Part shown: in pieces, positions 7,507-20,727 of the stretch
Layout of the letters: each line of letters begins with the position of its first letter
How positions within the stretch are numbered: position 1 is the first letter of the stretch
Origin: Planctomycetota bacterium
GTDB lineage: Bacteria > Planctomycetota > UBA1135 > UBA2386
Direction of reading: 5' to 3'
Length of the DNA: 64,000 bases
Assembly (NCBI GenBank): GCA_947501605.1
Contig: CANMWZ010000022.1
Coordinates: 1-64,000 of the forward strand
Notes under the pieces: generated by a model
Seen by the model: only the letters and a program-made list of their open reading frames with translations
Told to the model about the DNA's origin: nothing
The model's database searches: none
Position numbers and translations under genes: made by a program

Positions 7507-9876
7507 CTGACGATCGAGCCCACGATCCTTTCCCCGTCGAGCATCGACCTTCGCAAGCTCGATGAAGATGCCGTTCGGGCCACCCAACGCCTCAACCAAC
7601 GCGGGTTCGAGGCGTATATGGTCGGCGGCTGCGTACGCGACCTGCTGCTGGGTCTACGCCCCAAGGACTACGACATAGCGACGGCGGCGCGCCCTCAACA
7701 GGTCAAGCGCACGTTTCCACGAAACTGCCGCATCATTGGTCGGCGGTTCAAGCTGGCGCACCTGCACTTCCACGGCAACACGAAGATCCTCGAGGTCTCG
7801 ACGTTCCGGCAGATGCCGCTGGTCGACAGCTCGGACAACTTGCAACCGGATCTGCTGATCAAGCACGACAACGAGTTCGGCACCGCTGAGGAAGACGCAC
7901 TTCGCCGCGACTTCACCGTCAACGCCCTCTTCCTCGACGTGGGGCAGAACTGCATCCTCGACTACGCCAACGGCCTCGAGGATCTCTACAACCGCACGAT
8001 CCGCACCATCGGCGACCCGCGAGTGCGCTTCCGTGAGGATCCGGTGCGCATCTTGCGTGCGGTGAAGTTCGCCGGCCGACTCGGCTTTCGGGTCGAGGCC
8101 GAGACCCTTGCGGCGATGGCGGAGACGGCACCCGACCTGGTGCGATCCGCACCGCCTCGTCTCCTCGAAGAGATCCTGCGCCTGCTGCGCGGCGGGCACG
8201 CTCTTGACAGCTTCCAGTTGCTGCGCGATGTCGGGGCGCTCAAGAGTCTCATCCCGGTACTCGCCGACTTCTTGGCGACCGCGACGCAGCCGCAGCGCGT
8301 GCAGTTTTGGCGCATCCTCGAAGCGCTGGACCAACGCGTGCACGAAGGCCACGTGCCTCCCAACCCGGTCTTGCTCGGCGCCTTGCTGCTCTGCCCGGTG
8401 CTGGCCCGCTGTGCCCAGAATCCGAACCGCAGCCCGAGCACCGTCGCCGAAGAACTGCTCGGTCCCCTCAGCATCACCTTGCGCCTGCCGCGCCGCGACA
8501 GCGGCTGCTTGAAGCGCATCTGTGGTGTCGCCCACCGCTTCCTTCAACTCGACGATCCGCGCCGATTCAAGGTGGCTGGGTTCTCGACCGGCCCGTACTT
8601 CGAAGAAGCTCTCGAGCTCTTCCAGCTGCGCGCCGCGGCGACCGGCATCGACCCAAAGCTCGTCGCCGAATGGCAGACGATTGCAGCAGAGTCACGGTTG
8701 CAGCGTCGCCACTACGGCGACGAACCATTCGACGCCGACGATGGCGAGCTCGACGAAGTACCACCCCAACATGGTCGCCCGCGGCACGGAACCTCCGGCG
8801 AAACGGCGGCGGCAGAGACCGAGGAGTCGTCCCCGGAAGCCGTTGTCGACCATGCCGCCATCGAGGGCAGCGAGCCAGACCGCGGCGAGAGCGATGGCGC
8901 TGGTCGCCGTCGGCGGCGCCGTCGGCGGCGCGGGGGCAGGAATGACCTCGGGGGTAATGACCTCGGGGGTAACGAGCCAGTAGCTGGTGTTCCAGTTTCC
9001 GGGGAACGACACCACGCCGAGGATGGCTTGGACGCGTCGACACACGCGAGCTCGGAACACCTCGCTGGGGACTTCTCCCCCAAGGACCACCGCACCGAAG
9101 GCGAAGACGCCGAGGTCCGCAGCGAACTCGAAGGTCCACCGTCCGAGGTTGGCGGGTCACTGCCGAACCAGGAGGCGGGCGAGGATGGCGGGTCGCGGCG
9201 ACGCCGTCGCCGTCGCCGACGTCGCGGCGGCGACGGCGGATCCCACGACGACGGGCCCGAGGTGGTCGTCGACGGCACCGAGCCCCAGCATGCACCCAGG
9301 GCGCTCGCGGATGTGCGCGCCGAGGGCCCCCCGCGCACGCCGCGGCCACAGCAACAACAGCAGCGCAACCGACCACAGCCGGACCGGTCGCAACGCGACC
9401 GCCCCCAGCAGGACCGGCCACCCCAAGATCGGGGGCCGCGCACGCCGCGACCTAGCGACCGTCCTGATGGTGGCGGGCGTCCCGATGGTGGCGGGCGTCC
9501 CGATGGAGGCCGGCGGCGCGATCGCGATCGCAATCGGCAGGGACGCGGTGCCGGAGGCGGTGGCGGTGGCCGTGGCCGCCGCGACGGCGCCCCGCGCGAC
9601 GTGGACGTAGTGCCACGCGGCGCCGATCGCCGCGGCAGAGTCGATGTGATCGAGCCACCGCCGCTCGACCTCACCGCCTTCGATATCGAACTGGATCCCA
9701 AGAGGGTCCCGACCTTTGGCTCGATCGTCGAAGGCAAGGGTCGTCCTAAGCGCCGGCCGCCGCGTATGCCCGACGAAGGGCGCGACGACTACAAGCCGCC
9801 GCCCCCGCCAGGCCAGGGTGACGATCCCAGCAACGCCCCACCGCCGCCGGTCGACGACACGTTCGGCGACTGGTGA
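7507..9876 (+). CDS. pcnB: Poly(A) polymerase I with a long disordered C-terminal extension; probable non-canonical start (first ATG at 7618)
   Basis: GFEAYMVGGCVRD, KDYDIAT, PAP-specific IIGRRFKLAH, RRDFTVNAL, EDPVRILRA. Homologous sequence extends upstream of the ATG; CTG 7507 is the proposed start. Confidence 0.9.
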   Translation: MTIEPTILSPSSIDLRKLDEDAVRATQRLNQRGFEAYMVGGCVRDLLLGLRPKDYDIATAARPQQVKRTFPRNCRIIGRRFKLAHLHFHGNTKILEVSTFRQMPLVDSSDNLQPDLLIKHDNEFGTAEEDALRRDFTVNALFLDVGQNCILDYANGLEDLYNRTIRTIGDPRVRFREDPVRILRAVKFAGRLGFRVEAETLAAMAETAPDLVRSAPPRLLEEILRLLRGGHALDSFQLLRDVGALKSLIPVLADFLATATQPQRVQFWRILEALDQRVHEGHVPPNPVLLGALLLCPVLARCAQNPNRSPSTVAEELLGPLSITLRLPRRDSGCLKRICGVAHRFLQLDDPRRFKVAGFSTGPYFEEALELFQLRAAATGIDPKLVAEWQTIAAESRLQRRHYGDEPFDADDGELDEVPPQHGRPRHGTSGETAAAETEESSPEAVVDHAAIEGSEPDRGESDGAGRRRRRRRRRGGRNDLGGNDLGGNEPVAGVPVSGERHHAEDGLDASTHASSEHLAGDFSPKDHRTEGEDAEVRSELEGPPSEVGGSLPNQEAGEDGGSRRRRRRRRRRGGDGGSHDDGPEVVVDGTEPQHAPRALADVRAEGPPRTPRPQQQQQRNRPQPDRSQRDRPQQDRPPQDRGPRTPRPSDRPDGGGRPDGGGRPDGGRRRDRDRNRQGRGAGGGGGGRGRRDGAPRDVDVVPRGADRRGRVDVIEPPPLDLTAFDIELDPKRVPTFGSIVEGKGRPKRRPPRMPDEGRDDYKPPPPPGQGDDPSNAPPPPVDDTFGDW
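8941..8970 (+). repeat. Perfect 15-bp tandem duplication (NDLGG x2) in the pcnB tail
   Basis: AATGACCTCGGGGGT twice. Confidence 0.85.
9463..9513 (+). repeat. 18-bp tandem repeat (PDGGGR, about 3 copies) in the pcnB tail
   Basis: CCTGATGGTGGCGGGCGT CCCGATGGTGGCGGGCGT CCCGATGGAGGCCGG. Confidence 0.8.
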
Positions 9877-9889
9877 GTTGAGCCACGGC

Positions 9890-10693
<804 letters not shown>

Positions 10694-10697
10694 ACCC

Positions 10698-11153
10698 GTG
10701 AGCACTGCGCCCGTGCGACCAGCATCGCGCCTGCCCCTGCGCCTCCGAGTCCTCAACCTGCTGCCGACCGGAGTCGCCGTACTGTGGATCGCGGGCATCG
10801 CCCAGTTTCGCGAGTTGCCGATGACCTCGATCGACTACGCCGTGCTCTTGGCGTTCGCGCTGGCACTGCAGATCCTCATGCGGCGCTTGCGGCCGCGGTC
10901 GAATGCGATCGTGCTGCCAGCCTCCGCCAACCCCACCGTAGTGTCCCTGCTGGCAGCGTCGCTGACCGGCGCCGTGGCGCTCTTGGTAGGTGGCGTGCTC
11001 GAGAGCTTGGTGCCGGTGCAAGAGCAGGGACCAACGCCCCTCTGGCTCCGTACGGTTTGGCACGGGGCCTGCGCCTTCGCCGCTTCGTACTGCCGATTCC
11101 TCGCCCGCATCGTGCCGGCACCTCAACAGGGCAGCAGCGCGCCGAAACGCTGA
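10698..11153 (+). CDS. Small four-helix membrane protein
   Basis: GTG 4 nt after the panB stop; four hydrophobic segments. Confidence 0.65.
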   Translation: MSTAPVRPASRLPLRLRVLNLLPTGVAVLWIAGIAQFRELPMTSIDYAVLLAFALALQILMRRLRPRSNAIVLPASANPTVVSLLAASLTGAVALLVGGVLESLVPVQEQGPTPLWLRTVWHGACAFAASYCRFLARIVPAPQQGSSAPKR

Positions 11154-11166
11154 ATGCGGCGCTCGG

Positions 11167-13776
11167 TCAGTCGCCCGTCAACAGCTTCATGCGACCCTGG
11201 GCAACGCCGATCTGCGCGCGAGCCCCGGTGCGGGCCGACAACTGCGCCGCGTCGAGCTTGCCATCAAGGCGCAGCTGCCACGCTTGTAGAACGGCGGCGG
11301 TCTCGCTGCGGATCTCGCGCACGAACTCGACTCGCAGGCGCCGAACACCGCTCGCGAGGAGCCGCGGCAGTGCTTCCGCTGCCTGTTGCGGCTCATGATG
11401 GAAGATCGTGTTGCGGCAACCGACGTCGACGATGACGGGATGTTGCCGCTGCAGGTGGTCCTTCACCGCCAGCTGGTGACGTTCGCAGGGCCGGCCGCAC
11501 GAGTGGAAGTCGCGGCCGTTGCTGAGCAGGTGCGAGTAGATGCAGTGCTCGGTGTGGAACGTCGGGATGCGATGGTGCACGACAACCGCAACGCGACCCT
11601 GCGGCACAGCCGCGAGCATGGCCACCAACTGCACTTCGTCGAGGTCGAATGAGGCCGTGACGGTGTCGAGCCCGAGAGCCAGGAGATGCATCGCCGTCAG
11701 CGAGTTGGTGACGTTCAGGGAGAAGTCGCCGTGCATCGCCAAGACCTGCCCATCCGCGCGCGCACGACGGCAGCGCTCGAGTGCACCGAAGTGACGCACA
11801 AGCACGCCGTCTGGTGAGAGGCGCAGGATGCGTTCGTCGATCGGCTCCTCGCCGGGCTTGCCCACACGCGGAGTGGCGACGATGACACGCATGCCAGCCG
11901 CGCGGGCCCGGTCGACCGCTCGACCAAGGCCGGTGAACTCCATCCAGTCGAGTTCGACTTCCGCGAGCCCCAAATCGACGGCGGCGTCGAGCTGCGCGTC
12001 GCTTCGCAGCAACGGCACAAGCAGGGGCGCGGTCGCCGCCGAGGCTGCTGACAGGTCTTGAGCCAAGGCCGCTCGCAACCGCGGTTCGGCTGCCGCGGCA
12101 GCAACGGTGCGCACAGGGCCGCGTTCGACCTGCGGCAGTAGGTCCTGCACCAGTCGTCGCCGCAGATCCTTGAGTTCGCCGGGGGGCACATGGAGACCTG
12201 CGCCCAACCCGGTGCAATCGAGCGACTGCAGCCGGAAGGGCGTGCCGCCAAAGCCACCGAGCTTTTCGGCCAGCAGTTCGCGGTCAAGACCGCGACCGCG
12301 CGAGGTCTCGAGAAGCACCGTGCTCGCGGCCTCGGCCACGAAGGCACCGCTGCGCAGAAGCGCGACCAGAGGCTGTCCCACCGTGCCCTCGATGACGAGA
12401 TCGACCCCGATGCGACCCTCCGGTTCCGGGCGCTGCACCAGCTTCTCGGCCATTGCCGCGATCGCATTGTCGTTGGTCGCGAACACCCGGTCGCCGACCC
12501 GCACCGCAAGGAGGTCCGGACCGGGCTGCCCAAAGCGCAAGCGCAGCTCCGTGCCGAGGTCCTCCACCGCGAAGACCGGACCACCTGGTTCGTCGCGCTC
12601 AGGCCGCCCCTGGTCGAACACCACGCCCATGCCCGCGCGCAACTGCAGCGGCAAAGGCTCGACCTGGCTCGCGAGCGGCGAGCGAATCTCGCCTTGCGGC
12701 GCGGTCGGTCGCTGCGTGGCAGCCAGCGCACCGGTCCACGGCCGGCCGTTGTCGTCCGCCTTCACGAACACGGTGTCGCGGTCCTTGCGCACAACCGTGC
12801 CGACGTAGACCCCGCGGTGTTTGGGGAATCGCCCTTCGACCAGCGTCTGGTGGTCCGAGCCAGCGAGGAAGCCATCCGAGAAGCCGCGCGTGTAGCTCAG
12901 CGACATCGCCAGTAGATCCTGAGCAAGTTGTCGCTCGGCTTGTTTGCGATCCGAGCCGCTCGCGATCGCGTCCACCCATCGCCGATAGCCGCTGGTCGCA
13001 GTCGCGACGTACTGCGGCCCCTTCTGTCGGCCTTCGATCTTGAGCCCGTGGACGCCGACGCGCATGAGGTCCGGGATCGCACGCGCACCGGTCAGGTCCT
13101 TGGGCGACAGCAGGTAGCGCACGTCGCCGAGATCCTTTTCCACGCCGTCAACCACCAACGTGTAGGGCATGCGACAGCTTTGCGCGCACTGACCGCGGTT
13201 GGCCGAACGGCCACCCCAGGCTTCGCTAGTGAGACACTGGCCGCTCCACGATACGCAGAGGGCGCCGTGCACGAACACTTCGAGCTCCACCTTGGTGCCA
13301 GCGGCGAACAGCTCGATCTCTTGCACGGACAGCTCCCGCGGCACGACCACGCGCGTGACGCCCAGACGCTGCGCGAACCCGCAGGCCTCGGCGTTGGCGA
13401 TCGTCATCTGCGTGCTTGCGTGCAGTTCGAGTTCGGGGCAGACGAGCCGCGCGAGCAAGCACACCGCTGGGTCCTGCACGATCAGCGCATCGACCGCGCT
13501 CGCGGCCAACGCCCGCAGTACCCGTTCGCAGTGTTCGATCTCCGGCTCGAACACCAGCGTGTTCATAGTCACATACGCACGGGCTCCAGCCCGGTGGATC
13601 GAGGCCACGACAGCGGGCAAGTCCTTGACCGCAAAGTTGGTGGCGCGAGCCCGCGCGTTGAAACCATCCTGCAAGCCGAAGTACACGGCATCGGCGCCGC
13701 TCTGCAACGCGGCGGCGAGAGCTTCCGGCGAACCGGCCGGGGCGAGCACTTCAGGTTTGGGCAAAGGAGCGGCCAA
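11167..13776 (-). CDS. Peptidase U32-family Fe-S hydroxylase, long RlhA-like form
   Basis: PEVLAPAG, GADAVY, HASTQ, HGALCVSWSGQC...NRGQCAQSCR Fe-S cysteines, LKIEGR; 869 aa as in RlhA-type members. Confidence 0.85.
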   Translation of the reverse strand: MAAPLPKPEVLAPAGSPEALAAALQSGADAVYFGLQDGFNARARATNFAVKDLPAVVASIHRAGARAYVTMNTLVFEPEIEHCERVLRALAASAVDALIVQDPAVCLLARLVCPELELHASTQMTIANAEACGFAQRLGVTRVVVPRELSVQEIELFAAGTKVELEVFVHGALCVSWSGQCLTSEAWGGRSANRGQCAQSCRMPYTLVVDGVEKDLGDVRYLLSPKDLTGARAIPDLMRVGVHGLKIEGRQKGPQYVATATSGYRRWVDAIASGSDRKQAERQLAQDLLAMSLSYTRGFSDGFLAGSDHQTLVEGRFPKHRGVYVGTVVRKDRDTVFVKADDNGRPWTGALAATQRPTAPQGEIRSPLASQVEPLPLQLRAGMGVVFDQGRPERDEPGGPVFAVEDLGTELRLRFGQPGPDLLAVRVGDRVFATNDNAIAAMAEKLVQRPEPEGRIGVDLVIEGTVGQPLVALLRSGAFVAEAASTVLLETSRGRGLDRELLAEKLGGFGGTPFRLQSLDCTGLGAGLHVPPGELKDLRRRLVQDLLPQVERGPVRTVAAAAAEPRLRAALAQDLSAASAATAPLLVPLLRSDAQLDAAVDLGLAEVELDWMEFTGLGRAVDRARAAGMRVIVATPRVGKPGEEPIDERILRLSPDGVLVRHFGALERCRRARADGQVLAMHGDFSLNVTNSLTAMHLLALGLDTVTASFDLDEVQLVAMLAAVPQGRVAVVVHHRIPTFHTEHCIYSHLLSNGRDFHSCGRPCERHQLAVKDHLQRQHPVIVDVGCRNTIFHHEPQQAAEALPRLLASGVRRLRVEFVREIRSETAAVLQAWQLRLDGKLDAAQLSARTGARAQIGVAQGRMKLLTGD

Positions 13777-13815
13777 GGGGGCGCGCTAGTATTCCGCCCC
13801 TTTGCCCACCCCGCA

Positions 13816-14100
13816 ATGACTGTGGACCCCACCGCGGAACTGCACCGCTTGCGCGCCGCAATGGACGCGCTGAACCTGCAGTTGCGCAACACGCTGCAAC
13901 AGCGCGCCAGCCTGTGTCGGGAAATCGCCCGCCACAAGCGCGAGCACGGCCTGCCGCTGATTGATCCCGGGCGCGAAGCCGCGATGTTGCAACAGCTCGC
14001 GCGGGATCCGGGCGATGGCTACAGCGCCGTGTCGTTGGTCCGCATCTTTGCGGCCGTCTTGGCGGAATCGCGTGCGATCGTCACCGGATCGGACTCCTGA
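13816..14100 (+). CDS. Stand-alone AroQ (type II) chorismate mutase
   Basis: 94 aa: LHRLRAAMDALN...QQR...RHK...DPGREAAML...AES; divergent from the U32 gene. Confidence 0.8.
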   Translation: MTVDPTAELHRLRAAMDALNLQLRNTLQQRASLCREIARHKREHGLPLIDPGREAAMLQQLARDPGDGYSAVSLVRIFAAVLAESRAIVTGSDS

Positions 14101-14109
14101 AGCCGGTCG

Positions 14110-15093
14110 TCAGCGCGGCGCGACTGCAGGGGCAGAGCTTGCCCCTGCCTCTGCAACGGATCGGCTGCCGGTCATCGAGGCCCCCGCCATCGGCTCCGGT
14201 AGCACCTGGTGGCAGACGCGGCCCCGCCCGTTCTGCTTCTGCTCGTAGAGCAAGCGGTCGGCGCGCGCGACGAGTTCGTCGAGCGGCGGCGGCTCGCGCA
14301 GCACCGTCAGGCACCCAATGGTGACGCCGGTGTTGAACATCCGCGAGAAGTCTGCGATCTCCTGCTGCAAACGCTGCACGACGACCAGCGCACCAAAGCC
14401 GTCGGTGGCCGGCATCAGTACCACGAACTCGTCGCCACCAAGACGCGCGACCAGATCGACGCTGCGCACGCCTTGCCGAAGAGTGCGGGCCAGACTGCGC
14501 AACAAGTCGTCGCCCGCGCGGTGCCCGAGCTGGTCGTTGACCTGCTTGAAGCCATCGATGTCGAGGTAGGCGAGAGTGAACGGCTGCTGAAAGCGTCGGC
14601 AGCGTTCCATCTCGCGCAACAGCTCGCTTTCGAACGCGCGGCGGTTGGCAACGCCGGTGAGGGCGTCGGTGTTGGCGAGCCAGCGCTCCCGGTACAGGCG
14701 GTGGCGCAAGGTCGACAACAGCAGCCCGAACGACAAGAACACCAGCACTTCCATGCCGACGTTCACGGCGACGACCGCCGCAGCCAACTGGCCGTCCGTT
14801 TCGCACGAGTGAACCAGAGCCCACGCGACGGCACAGGAAATGGCAGTCAGCGAGACCCAGGGCTGCGGGAGCCGCCAGGCCGCCAGCGCGACGGGCAGCA
14901 AGTAGCCAAGAGTGAAGCCGACGTCCGCCGAGCTACACCAGTCGGCGGCGGCCATCGCGACGATCCCGAGGACCACCAGGGTCGCGGTGGTCCAAGGTGA
15001 AAGCGCCTCGACCCATCGCAGCACCAGACTACCCTCGTCGGCAGCGGCGCCGCGCCCTGCGGATCGATCGCCGGCGGTCACGGGTGCGGTCAT
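14110..15093 (-). CDS. Membrane-bound diguanylate cyclase
   Basis: Four N-terminal TM helices; DALTGVANRR, DIDGFKQVND, RSVD I-site and intact GGDEF. Confidence 0.93.
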   Translation of the reverse strand: MTAPVTAGDRSAGRGAAADEGSLVLRWVEALSPWTTATLVVLGIVAMAAADWCSSADVGFTLGYLLPVALAAWRLPQPWVSLTAISCAVAWALVHSCETDGQLAAAVVAVNVGMEVLVFLSFGLLLSTLRHRLYRERWLANTDALTGVANRRAFESELLREMERCRRFQQPFTLAYLDIDGFKQVNDQLGHRAGDDLLRSLARTLRQGVRSVDLVARLGGDEFVVLMPATDGFGALVVVQRLQQEIADFSRMFNTGVTIGCLTVLREPPPLDELVARADRLLYEQKQNGRGRVCHQVLPEPMAGASMTGSRSVAEAGASSAPAVAPR

Positions 15094-15118
15094 GTTCTGG
15101 TGCCGGAGGCGGCGCGCG

Positions 15119-15790
15119 TCAGTTGCCGGAGTAGTTCGGGGTTTCTGGCACCCCTGGCATGCCGTCGCGCCCCAAGTTCTTGGCGTCGAGCGCTTGTAGC
15201 ACTTTGACGACGACGGTTCGCAAGCACACGCCCGCCAGCACATGGCGGCTCACGGTACGGAAGGACGCCTCGCTGACCTTTCGATCGATGAACGTCTCAT
15301 CGAGCAGCGTGGCTCGTTTGCCAGCGGCGTCGGCTGGGCCGAACACCAGTAGCTGGATCCCGACGTCGGCAAGTGCCCGGCCGCCCGAGACTTCTTCGAT
15401 GCCGGCAGTCGTGAACGACGTCAGCTTGGGGACGACCACGATCTGGGCTTTGGCCGGAGCGGTCACCACCTCGGTGAACACATAGCTTGCCTCGATTTCG
15501 CGGCGCACAATCTCATCGACCATCTCGGCAACCGGACGCTGCCAGCGGTCGTCGTTGTCGTAGGCAATCGGGTAGCCGTTGTAGGCCGCGGCTTCGAGCA
15601 CTTTGACGGCCTCCGCCCGGACGTCGGCGAGGGGCGCCAGAAACACCGTCCGATCGCCCGGCAGCTTGGTTTCATAGCCGGTGTCCACGTAGAGCTCTTC
15701 ATTCAAGGCGAGGTCGGGAACGGGCGCCGAAGCGCACGCCGCGAACAGCGGCAGGAGGAGGAGCCAGGGGGAGGTGGCGTTCATGCCCAT
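15119..15790 (-). CDS. Hypothetical lipoprotein
   Basis: Lipobox-like LLLLPLFAAC; start at 15790 or 15784. Confidence 0.65.
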   Translation of the reverse strand: MGMNATSPWLLLLPLFAACASAPVPDLALNEELYVDTGYETKLPGDRTVFLAPLADVRAEAVKVLEAAAYNGYPIAYDNDDRWQRPVAEMVDEIVRREIEASYVFTEVVTAPAKAQIVVVPKLTSFTTAGIEEVSGGRALADVGIQLLVFGPADAAGKRATLLDETFIDRKVSEASFRTVSRHVLAGVCLRTVVVKVLQALDAKNLGRDGMPGVPETPNYSGN

Positions 15791-15873
15791 GCCATCGACA
15801 CATTCGGCCGCCTCCTTGAGCGGCGCACCGATCTTCCATGCACATCCCAATGGCGATAGAAACGCTGCACCAC

Positions 15874-19005
<3,132 letters not shown>

Positions 19006-19056
19006 CGGCCACCCGCGCGGGACTCGCCAGCCGGCGGACCCGCGCGGCCTGCGCGC

Positions 19057-20727
19057 TCAACGCAGCGTCAGCACGTCGTAGGCGACGCGCAGCGGATCCA
19101 ACGCGCCCTCGTAGATCACGAGCACCTCGTCGCCATCTTGGCCATCGAGGTTGGCCGCCAGCAACCGTTGCACGCGCCACGCGATCGGGTCGCGGAGCGC
19201 TGCCGTTCCCACCACAGCAGCATCCCCACGCAGGCGGCTGCGACGCTGATCCAGGATCCCCGAGAGCACGCCGAAGATGCGGTCGAGGTCGAACACCGGG
19301 TCTGGATCCTCGAACAACAGCGTGCGCATCATGCGTCGACCGCTGGCCGAGGCCAGTTCGCGCGGCGCACTTGCCATCGCGAATAGTTCGATCGACGCGC
19401 CATTCGCCGCCACCATCGCCAAGTCGTCCTGTCCGGCGCCGGTGAATGCGCCACGGACCAACGGCCGCGCCTTGTCGAGGATGTCGAGAAAGCGTTGGAC
19501 CAGTTCTTCTTGTCGGCTCAACAACGACAACAGCGACGGAATCCGCAGCGTCACAGTTCGGCGCCAAACCGGCAGCGCGGCAAAACCGTCTTTCTCGCTC
19601 CGATACCCGATGGCACGAACGTCGATGTCGATCGACTGCACCAAGCCGAGCAGCAGTGAGCCGATGCTCGGCAGTTGCACCTGAAAGGTCAACAGATCGG
19701 AGCGCGCGTCCTCGTCGAGGTCGACGACCAGCATGGCGCTCACGTCGTCGGCGACCGCCTGGGTGCGCGCCTTGTCGAACTGCGGCCCCTTCCTGCTCGA
19801 CACGAAGGTCCAGATCTTCCGCCGGTGCGCGATCACGAAGTCCGGGATGCCGTCGCCATCGACGTCGCCGCGCTCGAGCATCTGCTTGTCGCCGAGCACG
19901 ATGGTCGAGCCCGGAGCGACGGCGGCCTTCTCTGTGCTGTCCTCGAACTGCTCGAGATCGACTTCGATGGCGGGCAAGAAGTGACCGACGCCGCCCTGGA
20001 GTTGGAATGCATGCCGCTGACCCTGCCGCGTCACCAGATCGGGCTTGCCGTCGCCGTTCAGATCGAGGGTCTCGACCCGCGGCACAACCAGGGCGCCTTG
20101 ATGGTCGTCGGTGGCGCTATCGCCACCGCAGTCGGCGTCGACGCGCACCGGCAACAGCAGCGGGGACATCGCGGAAAACAGCGGTTCCTCGCCGTCAGGG
20201 CGCGATTGCAGCCACGGCTGGCAGCCTTGCAAGGATGGCACCAGCAGGTCGAGCAGGCCGTCGCCATCCAGGTCTTGCACGAACGGACTCCACTGCGGCG
20301 CGAACAACTGCAAGGCGCAGCGGGCGCGACGAGCAATCGCGCGCGGTGCAGGCGCTACACCGTCCGCGGCGGGCCACGCCAGCACGAATGTGCCGGTCGG
20401 CTCGGTCGCGATCAGCTCGACGCCCGATGGCGGCAGCAAGTCACCGCACGCGAGCAGCGTGTGGCTAGGGTCGCGCAGTTGCAGCACGCCTGTTAGCAGG
20501 AGCGAGCCTCCCGATCGCAGCGCGAAGCGTTGCACCTCACCGCTGCGCAACAGCACCAGAAGCTCGTAGGTGCCGTCGCCGTTGGTGTCGGTCAACATCT
20601 CCCCCGAGACCCGGGCGCTCGGCTCGTGGGACCCGAGCCTGTGCTCCGGAGCCGCGACCTCTTGGGCGCCCAACGGACCAGCGCTGAGTCCGATCGTCAG
20701 CACCACCATTGCCGTCATCCGTTGCAT
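19057..20727 (-). CDS. Secreted FG-GAP/VCBS-repeat protein
   Basis: Signal peptide; repeated DxxGDGxxDL Ca-binding motifs; ATG overlaps the upstream stop. Confidence 0.8.
   Translation of the reverse strand: MQRMTAMVVLTIGLSAGPLGAQEVAAPEHRLGSHEPSARVSGEMLTDTNGDGTYELLVLLRSGEVQRFALRSGGSLLLTGVLQLRDPSHTLLACGDLLPPSGVELIATEPTGTFVLAWPAADGVAPAPRAIARRARCALQLFAPQWSPFVQDLDGDGLLDLLVPSLQGCQPWLQSRPDGEEPLFSAMSPLLLPVRVDADCGGDSATDDHQGALVVPRVETLDLNGDGKPDLVTRQGQRHAFQLQGGVGHFLPAIEVDLEQFEDSTEKAAVAPGSTIVLGDKQMLERGDVDGDGIPDFVIAHRRKIWTFVSSRKGPQFDKARTQAVADDVSAMLVVDLDEDARSDLLTFQVQLPSIGSLLLGLVQSIDIDVRAIGYRSEKDGFAALPVWRRTVTLRIPSLLSLLSRQEELVQRFLDILDKARPLVRGAFTGAGQDDLAMVAANGASIELFAMASAPRELASASGRRMMRTLLFEDPDPVFDLDRIFGVLSGILDQRRSRLRGDAAVVGTAALRDPIAWRVQRLLAANLDGQDGDEVLVIYEGALDPLRVAYDVLTLR

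Noticed and set aside
8941..9513. Short direct repeats as a possible CRISPR array
   Set aside because: In-frame coding tandem repeats without spacers; no cas genes.
12928..13815. Long N-terminal extension on the chorismate mutase ORF
   Set aside because: Antisense to the U32 gene; AroQ homology starts at ATG 13816.
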